The notes beneath the pieces are model-generated. The model was not told where the DNA came from, searched no databases, and saw only the letters and a program-made list of their open reading frames with translations. From Coleofasciculus chthonoplastes F2-STO-03 (GTDB lineage: Bacteria; Cyanobacteriota; Cyanobacteriia; Cyanobacteriales; Coleofasciculaceae): a stretch of DNA of 64,000 bases. Of the stretch, positions 20,188-29,595 are shown in pieces. Position numbers and translations under genes: made by a program. Where the stretch lies: the NCBI GenBank assembly GCA_040222015.1, contig JAVJWO010000193.1, forward strand, positions 1-64,000, in the 5' to 3' direction. How positions within the stretch are numbered: the first letter of the stretch is position 1; every line of letters starts with the position of its first letter.

Positions 20188-23100
20188 TTATCGGGGCAAA
20201 ATCAGCTTAAACTCGGTATACTCGCCCAATTCGGTTGCTACCTGAATCTCCCCTTGATGCTCTCCCACAATGATATCGTGACTAATGGATAATCCCAACC
20301 CTGTTCCTTGACCTGTGGGTTTGGTGGTAAAGAAGGGATTGAATATTTTATCTCGGATGTCTGCTGGGATGCCATTGCCATTATCTCGGACACGGATTTC
20401 GACTTTATCGCCTAGATTTTTGGTAGTAACGGAGAGTGTGGGGGTAAAGTCTGTGCCAACAGCTTTTTTCTTGTCATGGGCAGCATAACAGGCATTATTG
20501 ATGATATTGAGAAAGACGCGACTGATGTTCTGCGGCACAATATTAACTTGACCAATAGTGGGGTCATAGTGGGTTTCAATCGTGATGTTAAATGAGGAGT
20601 CTTTGGCACGCATACCGTGATATGCCAGATTAACATATTCGGCGAGAAGTGCATTAATGTCGGTGAGTTGGTGTTCGTTCCCTTGACCCCGTGAATGCAT
20701 CAGCATCCCGCGCACAATATTGTCGGCGCGTTTGCCATGTTCGTTGATTTTTTTGACGTTTTGTCCTAAGTCACTGAGTATTTCTTCGATGTATTCTGTG
20801 CTTTCCGGGTCTAATCGTTCTTTTTGACTGTCGAGTTCTGCTAAGAGTTCTTCGGTTAACTCAGCCGACAGTTCGGCGAAGTTATTGACAAAGTTTAAGG
20901 GATTTTTAATTTCATGGGCAATCCCGGCGGTTAATGCACCGAGGGAGGCGAGTTTCTCTTGGGCGATAATTTGGTCTTGGGTGGCTTTGAGTTTTTTCAG
21001 GGTAGCGGAGAGTTCCTGATTTTTCTCTTGGAGTTCCTGGGTTCTTTCATCGACTTTAAGTTCTAGGGTACGGCTATAATCCTCTAATTGTTGGTAGAGA
21101 CGGGAGTTTTCAATTGAGATAGAAATTTGAGCAGATAAAACTCTTAACAGTTCAACCCGTTCTTGAGTAAATGCGCCCGTTGTCAAATTATTTTCAAGAT
21201 AAAGAATACCACTAAGTCTACCTTGATTCAGCAAAGGAGTACATAAAATTGACTTAGGCTTGACCGTCCAAATATAAGGGTCACGAATAAATTGTCCTTC
21301 ATGGGTGGCATCATTTAAAACCACGGTTTCATGACTATGGATAACATAGTTAATAATACCAGCAGAGAGCAGAGGTTTTTCAGAATCAGAGATTGCTGAT
21401 TGTATCGGAATCGATTGCTGCATCGTCACATCTTCAGAGTCAACGACTCCTTCGGCTTCGATAACCCAATTGCCTTCTTGCTCCAAAATCAGAAATCCTT
21501 TTTGAGCGCCAGCATTTTCAATAACTATTTTCATTAAGGTTTGCAGTAGGCGTCCTAAAACAATTTCGCTGGAAATGCTTTGACTAGCTTTCAAAACAGT
21601 AACTAAATCTAGGGCTTCACTTGAACCACTACCGGTTGATTCAGTGGTATTAGACATTGCCTCTAGGGTCGATTTAGATTTTATCGGTAGAAACTGAGAA
21701 TACTCGTCTAGAAATAGTTCAACTTTACGTATAGCCCCCCAAAGTTGATATCCATGGTGAGCTTTTGCCAGATAAAGTTTAGCAAACTCTTCTTTACCTT
21801 GATTTAGCCAAAATTTAGCTGCCAATTCATTCGCTAAGGCTTCATTTTGGATAAATTTATTTTCTTTCGCCTTCGCAATAGCTTGATCATACAATTTTAT
21901 CGCGCCCAGATCTTGTCCAGTAATTCGAGCCATCTCAGCTTGGACTAATAGATACTTGTGCAGTGAGTTTTCTGGGCAGTTTTCAGCCCAAATCCTGAGT
22001 TTCTGTTGATTCAACTCTAATTGACGCCAGTATTTCTTTTGCTGAGATTTTGAGGCGGACACATAAACCGCTGCTAAACTCAGAGAATAATAAAAGTTAT
22101 ATTCTACCAACTGATTATGACCCACTGCATAAACTAATAAATTTTCCGCTTCATGAGAACATTGAAGGGCTTCATTATAGTGTTCATAAAGATAGAGTGC
22201 TTGGGATTTGAGAATCTGATGGGTACAGATGGCTAGAAAGCTTTGATGAGACTGACAAACTTGAAAATATTGCTCTTGGTTGCTAATTGCCTCTGTGGTA
22301 AAATCCCATTGATTAGCAGTCAGTCCACTCAGATTCAAAATAACAGCTTGCGCTCCCAACAAAATATCAATTGACCAGTTATTTTCTGTTTTGGCATTGA
22401 ACTGTAAAAAATTAGGAATATCGGCGGCTAAGATTTCCATGTTTTTACCTTGAAAAAATTGATTCAGGAGTTTATACATGAGAATGTAACCAGCCCATTG
22501 CAATTCTCCCGACTCTAAACCTGCCTGAAATCCGGAATCTAGAATTGCATCTGCCCAACTGAGATGATTGACCCAAATTCCAATTTCTGTGCTAACAATT
22601 AAAGCAATTTTGCATCGTTGGCTTAAATTGTTGGTTTCCACGGTTAGGTTTTGGGCTAACATGGCAAACTCATATCCTAATCGATACTCACCGCGAGAGA
22701 CTAGGACAAGACCATGATTAGCAATCCCAATTGGTGACTCAGAGGAAAAACCATATTTTAGAGATAGATTAGATGATTTTAAGTTAACGATGGGAAAAAG
22801 GTCTTGGTCAGCGACAAAGGTAGGCGCGGCTAAATTGGCTAGCAATTTGATGGCTACTTTTTTTTCTGGATCAGTGACTTCTCCTTGAGTAATTAGTGAA
22901 GCCACCTGACGATCGCCTAAATTATTTTTGGCTTCATTAAGTTCAGCAATAAGATATTGCTGAACATTATCTTGAGGTAAATCAATACCAATTAATGATA
23001 ACGCTTTGCGACCTATTTGAATAGCTTCTAAACATTTAGCGCTTAGAGTATATTGAACAATTAATAAGCGATAAAGTTCAGCTTTTTCTAAGATAGTTTT

Positions 23101-25575
23101 TGCTTGAGATACTGTTTGATAAATTAAGGCTTCTGATTTCTCAAAATTTCCCGTTAAATACTCAACTTCAGCCAGTTCTTTATAGATTTCAAAGGTTAAA
23201 TTATACTGAACTTGCCAACTTGTATCGGTTAAATTTTTGATACCTAGGGTTAAATACTGCTGAGCAGCTTGGTAAGCTGTGGCATCTTTGGCTTTTTGAC
23301 CGGCTTCTAGGTTTAAGCGAATTAAGTTATGTTTTTCGGATGGGTTTACAATTAACTCTTGTCCCAAATTGAGATGATCGACAACCTCAAAAAGTCGATC
23401 AGAACGCTCTTGTGATTCTAGATTTTCTAATAAAAGTTTACCAATTTGTAAATGAACGGCTTTTTTCTGATCTGGATCAATTAAGGCATAAGCGGCTTGC
23501 TGAACACGGTCATGTAGAAATTTGAAATTGAGAATTAGCAATTGAGAGTTAATAACTTCATCATCATTCATTTCTAATTCTGATGTAGGAATAACCAAGC
23601 CTTCCTGAATTGCCTGCATTAAATCCCGAAAGGTTTGATCGGTTAATTTTTCATAGACAATAGCTAAGGTATTCAGGGCAAAGCGGTTACCGACACAAGC
23701 CGCTAATCGTAATACATCTTGTGTATTAGCGGGTAATTTCTTCAATTTCCGGATCATTAAATCAACCACGTTATCCGTGATATCGATTCTCTCGATTTCA
23801 GCGATATCCCATTGCCATTGTCCTTGTCCTTTAGTTTGATAAACTGTGAATTTTAGGAGGTTTTCTTGATATAGCGTCGTCAGAAACTGATTCACAAAGA
23901 AGGGATTTCCATTAGTTTTTCGTACCACTAATTCAGCGAGAGATTTGACGCTATGAGGTTCACGGGATAATGTGTCAGCAATCAAGTGGGTAATATGTTC
24001 AAGTTCTAAGGATGTTAAGGTAATTTGGTTAATAATCGCTGATTTTTGGCGGAGTCCCTCAAGGGTCATCATCAAAGGATGGGTTGAGTTGACCTCGTTA
24101 TCCCGATAGGCACCAATGAGAAAGAGGTGGTGGGTGTTCTCATCCGTCATCATGAGTTCGATTAAATTCAGCGTAGCCGAATCTACCCATTGCAAATCAT
24201 CTAGAAATAAAACCAAAGGATGTTCAGGTTGGCAAAAAACGCGAATGAAGTTTTGAAAGACTAAATTAAAACGGTTTTGGGATTCAGCGGCTCCTAACTC
24301 TTGGACAGGTTGTTGTTTACCAACAATCCATTCAACTTCAGGAATTACATCAATAATGATTTGTCCATTAGTTCCCACAGCCGCTAAAAGTTTCTGTTTC
24401 CACTGATTGAGTTTTGCTTCACTTTCCGTTAACAGTTGTCGAACTAATTCTTGAAACGCGCTGACAACGGCTGAATAAGGAATAGTGCGTTGAAATTGAT
24501 CAAATTTACCGGAAATAAAATACCCGCGTTTTTCCGTCATGGGTTTATGAACTTCAGCAACCAGCGCCGATTTACCCATTCCAGAATATCCGGCAACCAA
24601 TTGCAACACTGTATCCCCTAGACTACTTTGCTCAAAGGCGCCCATTAAAGTGGCAATTTCACGATCGCGACCATACAGTTTTTGCGGAATTTGAAACTTG
24701 TCAGACTGATCGTCCTGACCCAACTCAAATAGGTCAATATGACCCTTTTCAATTAATTCATACCAACAGCGTTCTAAATCGGCTTTGAGTCCCCAAGCAC
24801 TTTGATACCGTTCCTCTGCGGTTTTTGCCATGAGTTTCATGACAATATTAGAAACAGATTTAGGAATATCTGCTAATTGATGCACGGGGAAAGGTTGTCT
24901 AGCCAGATGACAATGAACCAATTCCATGGCATCATGAGTGTCAAATGGTAGTCGATTCGTGAGTAATTCATAAAAGGTTACACCCAAAGAATAGAAATCC
25001 GTGCGGTAATCCATAGATCGATTCATCCGACCCGTTTGTTCGGGAGACATATAGGCTAATGTCCCTTCGATCACATTGGGATTTCGCATCGTCGGATTTT
25101 CCCGTGATAAGACAGTAGAAATGCCAAAGTCGATGATTTTTAGTTGTGCCGTGTTGCGGTTATAAACAAGATTGGATGGATTAATATCTTTGTGAATAAT
25201 ATTAGCGGCGTGGACGGCGCCTAGACTCGTGGTTATTTTAATCGCCAGTTCCAGAACATCGGCTAACGCAAATGGCTGCTGGTTGATCAGCAGTTTTAAG
25301 GACTCTCCACCAAAATCCTCCAACACCATTACCAGTGTATTTTGATAGCGCTGCAAGTGATAAGCTTTAATCACGCCATCCAGATGGAGAGAACGGGTAA
25401 TTTCATATTCTTGCTTATATTGGGTGAGTTTGGCTGGTGTGGGATAATCTTCCTTGAGAACCTTGAGGATAACCGGTTGATCATCACCCTGACGAATACC
25501 CCGATAGACTAGGGAATTGGTGCTTTCATCAATTGGGTGGAAAACTTGATAGCCGCTAATTTTACTCATCGCCAT
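20188..25575 (-). CDS. Trifunctional Ser/Thr kinase-AAA ATPase-GAF-histidine kinase (HstK-type)
   Basis: HKDINPSN / DFG / YMSPEQTGR kinase, AGYSGMGKS P-loop, LFLDDLQW, GAF (SILCTPL...LYLEN), AHEIKNPL H-box and GTGLGLS. Confidence 0.93.
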   Translation of the reverse strand: MAMSKISGYQVFHPIDESTNSLVYRGIRQGDDQPVILKVLKEDYPTPAKLTQYKQEYEITRSLHLDGVIKAYHLQRYQNTLVMVLEDFGGESLKLLINQQPFALADVLELAIKITTSLGAVHAANIIHKDINPSNLVYNRNTAQLKIIDFGISTVLSRENPTMRNPNVIEGTLAYMSPEQTGRMNRSMDYRTDFYSLGVTFYELLTNRLPFDTHDAMELVHCHLARQPFPVHQLADIPKSVSNIVMKLMAKTAEERYQSAWGLKADLERCWYELIEKGHIDLFELGQDDQSDKFQIPQKLYGRDREIATLMGAFEQSSLGDTVLQLVAGYSGMGKSALVAEVHKPMTEKRGYFISGKFDQFQRTIPYSAVVSAFQELVRQLLTESEAKLNQWKQKLLAAVGTNGQIIIDVIPEVEWIVGKQQPVQELGAAESQNRFNLVFQNFIRVFCQPEHPLVLFLDDLQWVDSATLNLIELMMTDENTHHLFLIGAYRDNEVNSTHPLMMTLEGLRQKSAIINQITLTSLELEHITHLIADTLSREPHSVKSLAELVVRKTNGNPFFVNQFLTTLYQENLLKFTVYQTKGQGQWQWDIAEIERIDITDNVVDLMIRKLKKLPANTQDVLRLAACVGNRFALNTLAIVYEKLTDQTFRDLMQAIQEGLVIPTSELEMNDDEVINSQLLILNFKFLHDRVQQAAYALIDPDQKKAVHLQIGKLLLENLESQERSDRLFEVVDHLNLGQELIVNPSEKHNLIRLNLEAGQKAKDATAYQAAQQYLTLGIKNLTDTSWQVQYNLTFEIYKELAEVEYLTGNFEKSEALIYQTVSQAKTILEKAELYRLLIVQYTLSAKCLEAIQIGRKALSLIGIDLPQDNVQQYLIAELNEAKNNLGDRQVASLITQGEVTDPEKKVAIKLLANLAAPTFVADQDLFPIVNLKSSNLSLKYGFSSESPIGIANHGLVLVSRGEYRLGYEFAMLAQNLTVETNNLSQRCKIALIVSTEIGIWVNHLSWADAILDSGFQAGLESGELQWAGYILMYKLLNQFFQGKNMEILAADIPNFLQFNAKTENNWSIDILLGAQAVILNLSGLTANQWDFTTEAISNQEQYFQVCQSHQSFLAICTHQILKSQALYLYEHYNEALQCSHEAENLLVYAVGHNQLVEYNFYYSLSLAAVYVSASKSQQKKYWRQLELNQQKLRIWAENCPENSLHKYLLVQAEMARITGQDLGAIKLYDQAIAKAKENKFIQNEALANELAAKFWLNQGKEEFAKLYLAKAHHGYQLWGAIRKVELFLDEYSQFLPIKSKSTLEAMSNTTESTGSGSSEALDLVTVLKASQSISSEIVLGRLLQTLMKIVIENAGAQKGFLILEQEGNWVIEAEGVVDSEDVTMQQSIPIQSAISDSEKPLLSAGIINYVIHSHETVVLNDATHEGQFIRDPYIWTVKPKSILCTPLLNQGRLSGILYLENNLTTGAFTQERVELLRVLSAQISISIENSRLYQQLEDYSRTLELKVDERTQELQEKNQELSATLKKLKATQDQIIAQEKLASLGALTAGIAHEIKNPLNFVNNFAELSAELTEELLAELDSQKERLDPESTEYIEEILSDLGQNVKKINEHGKRADNIVRGMLMHSRGQGNEHQLTDINALLAEYVNLAYHGMRAKDSSFNITIETHYDPTIGQVNIVPQNISRVFLNIINNACYAAHDKKKAVGTDFTPTLSVTTKNLGDKVEIRVRDNGNGIPADIRDKIFNPFFTTKPTGQGTGLGLSISHDIIVGEHQGEIQVATELGEYTEFKLILPR

Positions 25576-25602
25576 GTCCCGTTACAACAATTCCCCAATG
25601 TA

Positions 25603-26694
25603 CTACCGCGAGTCATTCAGATAAAAACGCACCGGATTATCCCAAAGAATTTTCTGCACAGTCTTTCTCGGTAGACGCTCCTGAAGGGCAATTGCCTCTT
25701 TGATTGTGTCTGGTTCATGATCCAGATGGGGAAAATCTGAGCCAACCATCACATTATCAGTGCCAATATAATCGATCATCTGGTGCAGATACGGCTCCGA
25801 TGGCTCAATACCAATAAAACACTGACGGCGAAAATATTCCGATGGCTTCATTTTGACTGTTTCTCTAACTTCCCACGCTAGATTTTTATACTCTACCTCA
25901 TCTAGTCGCCATAACCAGTAGGGTAACCAACCACACCCCGATTCCAGAAATCCAACTCTCAATTGGGGATGACGTTCTAGCACTCCGCCTTCAATCAGCG
26001 CCAGCAACGCCATCATCTGTTCCATGGGATGAGAGCAAGCGTGCATGGCAAAACGGGTATTAAATCGATCAGCACCCGTTGAAGGTAAACAACAATGGGT
26101 GGCTTCATGAATACTTACTGCCATGTTAAGCTGTTCGCAAGCTGTCCAAAAAGGTTCATAGGCGGGATCACTGAGCAATCGTCCCTTCACTGGATTGGGT
26201 CGTAAACACACGGTTTTCCAGCCAAACTCATTGACCCGCTGCAATTCTTGCACCATCTCTTGGGGAGCATGACAATTGATGGCTCCCACGCCTCTGAGGA
26301 TTTGTGGGTTATAGTTACAAAAATCTCGTAACCAATTATTGTAAGCACGGGTAAAGGCTCCCGCTAATTCTGGTGTCATCGTATCTACGGCTAATAGCCA
26401 CAGACCTACAGTTGGATACAAAAAAGCCATATCCACTCCCATGCGCTGAATGGCTTTAACCTGAGATTCTGGATCATACTGATGAATACCATAGGTGGTC
26501 ACATCTCGCACCTTTGCCTTAAACCCTTCCACCCAGAGTTCATGGGAAAGCTTATTGACAATTGTCTGTCCCTGGACAGTTAAATCTGCCGATAGTGCTG
26601 ACTCTTTAAAGGCAGGTTCGAGGTACTCTGACCACATCGTCATGGGTTCGAGTACATGGCAATCCGCATCAATAATTTTATAGTCCTGAAGCAT
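25603..26694 (-). CDS. Amidohydrolase_2 family metallohydrolase/decarboxylase
   Basis: IIDADCH, IHE, FLESGCGW and GSDFPHLD motifs. Confidence 0.9.
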   Translation of the reverse strand: MLQDYKIIDADCHVLEPMTMWSEYLEPAFKESALSADLTVQGQTIVNKLSHELWVEGFKAKVRDVTTYGIHQYDPESQVKAIQRMGVDMAFLYPTVGLWLLAVDTMTPELAGAFTRAYNNWLRDFCNYNPQILRGVGAINCHAPQEMVQELQRVNEFGWKTVCLRPNPVKGRLLSDPAYEPFWTACEQLNMAVSIHEATHCCLPSTGADRFNTRFAMHACSHPMEQMMALLALIEGGVLERHPQLRVGFLESGCGWLPYWLWRLDEVEYKNLAWEVRETVKMKPSEYFRRQCFIGIEPSEPYLHQMIDYIGTDNVMVGSDFPHLDHEPDTIKEAIALQERLPRKTVQKILWDNPVRFYLNDSR

Positions 26695-26713
26695 CTGATT
26701 TAAGCTGAGGCGT

Positions 26714-28957
26714 TTAGAAAAAAATTGGATAGGGGTTTAACTGTTCCTGATCATGAGGTTCAGTCAACCATTCCATTTGCACAGGAACATCATACAACCG
26801 ACCTGGAGCAAATCGGGGCCAAAAATGCCGCATTCCTGGAACAATGACTTTGACAACCTGGAGATCGATATCAGGACGAGTTTGGTCTACGACGATGAGT
26901 TCCAATCCCTGCTGTTGGGCAAGAGTGATACAGTATCGAATATCTACAGCTAGATCATCACTGAAATATTGAGGATAATCCTTTGGAGTTTTCGGGTTGA
27001 GGGTCTGATCAGGTAGGAGATAGGGTTGATTGTTTAGCGTTGCTGTTTCCCACCAAGCGATCGCCTCTGGATCATAACCCGAATCAGAACTCGGCGTACC
27101 CTGAAACACAGCCGGAAGCATTTGATTCAATTCCGTTAAAGCGCGGGAAATTGCCAGGGTGGGATCGAGGTGCGCTCCAAATCCAAGAATAATATCTTCT
27201 ACCTCTTGGTCATATCGAGCCGATACGGCGACAAAGGCGGGAATCGGCAAATCACTGCTAACATCTAAAACCCATAGGTGACGATGCAGGCTTTGATAAC
27301 AGGTTACCAGTTCTTGAAAATAAGGTTGCTCAAAACTTGAGAGATCCACCCCCGGTTTCTTTAAGCGATTGTACCACCACAACGCCACACTATCTCGCTC
27401 AACTAACTCCAAAAATCCCTGCAAAATTGCCTCTTCTTTGGTCGTCCCTGCGGCACATCCATTACCATCTGCTCGCGCCACAAGATAACCCGATGGGGAG
27501 GTATACCCGTAGTAACAGTAGGCGGTTGGGACATAGCAGCGTCGGTGATGGGTTAATGACCAAGCCGGACTCCATTCAATCCTTTGACTCGGATCAAAGG
27601 GTTCTGGCACCCAGGTACAGCGTGAACCGCGAGCATTCCATTGGTCGCGATCGGCAAACTGCTGTTCACTAAAAAGCATACAAGCATTGGGAGCAATTCC
27701 ATGATCTAACTGTGCCAACTGAGCCGGAGTTCGAGCTTCATCTCCCTGAAACACCGCCACATAACGCTCTATTGACTCACACAGCGCACTCGTTTTCGCC
27801 TGAATCTCACTCTTCCCTTTCCCCCCACATCGACTCCGCAAACTTTCCCGTAAGAAATAGAGGGTGTCGTCCATCAAGACGAAATTGTAATCCGTGACAT
27901 ACGAATAGATCGGTATGTTTTCATCTCCCACCGCATTTCGCGTCACAGCACTGGTGATTCCAGTAATCGGACTGATGTGATCAGCTAATTTATTAAACGT
28001 GGCTTCTGGCGCACAACTCCGATGTCCACCATCACTGGTAAATGATTTCTTTTGGCTTTGCAGAATAATCGGTGCGGACTGTTGTACCGATAATAACTGG
28101 GGATGACCACAACAAGAACATTGGGGACGCCGAATCAGACGGTTATGGCGCTTTTGCCAGGATAAGGTATTCAGCGTCAGGATAGTACCGTCAAGGTGAG
28201 AATTTGTGTCATCCACTATCCACTTAGCTGTCTCCGTCGCCGCTATACCGAAAGCGATTTGTTGGGTTGAGGGAAGTACAGAGAGTGAGGTTGACAAGGG
28301 TTGAGTCGTGTTTTTTTGCCGCTGTAGGTAGTTTTCAACCTGGCGATGTCCTCGAAGTCGATGTCTCAAGCATTCCCAGCACCCGGTTAGACCGGGACGA
28401 AATATCGGACCTATCCAAAGCTCAATTCCCACGGGTTTGACTAACATCCAGGAATACCCGTGACGGTGAGCATTCTGATTAAACGCCTCCAAACCCTCGT
28501 GCAAGTAATCATCGGTTAGCACCACCCATAGATCACCCGGATCCCCCACTCGCACTCCCATAGATTCCAGCAGGGTTTTGAAGGGGGTGGGGTCAAGTTT
28601 ACCCCAGGACGCCACAGAAATTGTTGTATGTTGTAGGTTTTTCGCCGCCACATCCGGTGTGATATCAAGCATTCCCCAAAACGCCTGCTGTTCGCTGGGT
28701 AAGGACGGGTTAGCATCAACCACATATCCCTCGCGGCGCAAGTTATCCAGTAGGAATAATAGGTCTAGCGGCGAAAATTGTGCCTGAAGGATAGTGCAAA
28801 TTTCCGTTAGCGTATGTTGACCATCCAAAAGCGACGCTAGTTGGATATAGGATTCTCCCCGCAGCAGGATATAGTTTTTCTCAGATAGTAAAAAGACGCC
28901 TTGTGCCGGAACAATTTCACAACGAAAGTAGGGCGGAAACCTGGGGCGACTTGTCAT
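26714..28957 (-). CDS. Fused TOMM cyclodehydratase (RRE/E1-like + YcaO; PatD/TruD-like)
   Basis: WIGP...GCWECL and RRPQCSCCG Zn motifs, DGGHR, GKG...SALCESIERY, GNGCAAG...ELVERD, and a Pro-rich C-terminus (NPYPIFF). Confidence 0.93.
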   Translation of the reverse strand: MTSRPRFPPYFRCEIVPAQGVFLLSEKNYILLRGESYIQLASLLDGQHTLTEICTILQAQFSPLDLLFLLDNLRREGYVVDANPSLPSEQQAFWGMLDITPDVAAKNLQHTTISVASWGKLDPTPFKTLLESMGVRVGDPGDLWVVLTDDYLHEGLEAFNQNAHRHGYSWMLVKPVGIELWIGPIFRPGLTGCWECLRHRLRGHRQVENYLQRQKNTTQPLSTSLSVLPSTQQIAFGIAATETAKWIVDDTNSHLDGTILTLNTLSWQKRHNRLIRRPQCSCCGHPQLLSVQQSAPIILQSQKKSFTSDGGHRSCAPEATFNKLADHISPITGITSAVTRNAVGDENIPIYSYVTDYNFVLMDDTLYFLRESLRSRCGGKGKSEIQAKTSALCESIERYVAVFQGDEARTPAQLAQLDHGIAPNACMLFSEQQFADRDQWNARGSRCTWVPEPFDPSQRIEWSPAWSLTHHRRCYVPTAYCYYGYTSPSGYLVARADGNGCAAGTTKEEAILQGFLELVERDSVALWWYNRLKKPGVDLSSFEQPYFQELVTCYQSLHRHLWVLDVSSDLPIPAFVAVSARYDQEVEDIILGFGAHLDPTLAISRALTELNQMLPAVFQGTPSSDSGYDPEAIAWWETATLNNQPYLLPDQTLNPKTPKDYPQYFSDDLAVDIRYCITLAQQQGLELIVVDQTRPDIDLQVVKVIVPGMRHFWPRFAPGRLYDVPVQMEWLTEPHDQEQLNPYPIFF

Positions 28958-28982
28958 GGGTCGTTTTCAAATAATTCATGGC

Positions 28983-29028
28983 TCAGGGTTCAGGATTTAT
29001 TGTATGATCTATAAACTATGAACCCTGA
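28983..29028. terminator. Inverted repeat between precursor and YcaO (possible attenuator or mRNA-stabilising stem)
   Basis: 10-bp perfect arms TCAGGGTTCA (28983-92) and TGAACCCTGA (29019-28). Confidence 0.45.
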
Positions 29029-29056
29029 ACATTCGATAGGCAAATTAATCTCTAGC

Positions 29057-29389
29057 TCACGTTCCTCGAATGATACCAAATAACCCATCTCGATCGAGGA
29101 GTGAAGCCAGTTGTTCCGGATTTAATTCTCCTAATCTCTCTGATTCTCCTAATCTCTCTGGTGGATTAGGAATTCCAAATACACCTTCTCCTTGCTCAAG
29201 GATAACAACACAATGAGGCTGAACAGGTTCGTTTTCTCTACAGGCATACGTCTCAATTGTCTCCTTTGGATCTTGTCTCAATAAATCGAGGAACTCTGGG
29301 GTTTGCCAAGCAAAGGCAAGAACATTAGCCCAGGCTGTCTGTAACTCTTCTGGATATCTTCTGGTGTAATTTACTGGATCATAAGGCAT
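29057..29389 (-). CDS. Putative RiPP precursor with NHLP-like (nitrile hydratase-type) leader
   Basis: WANVLAFAWQTPEFLDLLRQDPKETIE resembles the NHLP-clan A-W-x-D-x-x-F...L-L-x-D-P motif and is followed by IPNPP. GGAG RBS; lies directly upstream of YcaO. Confidence 0.7.
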   Translation of the reverse strand: MPYDPVNYTRRYPEELQTAWANVLAFAWQTPEFLDLLRQDPKETIETYACRENEPVQPHCVVILEQGEGVFGIPNPPERLGESERLGELNPEQLASLLDRDGLFGIIRGT

Positions 29390-29595
29390 GGGTTTTCTCC
29401 GTTTATCTCAACTTGCAACGGACGCGATACTATAATATTTATCACACTTTACCGTTGTTGGATAAAGACTATACATTTTTTAAAGAAAATTGACAAAATC
29501 AAGCTTAACTGGTATATAACGAAGGGTAAGTGGCTGTGGTGCAGGTCAATGTCAGCCAAACGATGATCATCACAATCTAAATTCTAAAATCAGAT

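Noticed and set aside
26714..29389. Classical cyanobactin cluster
   Set aside because: No PatA/PatG proteases and no PatE-type cassette precursor in the window.
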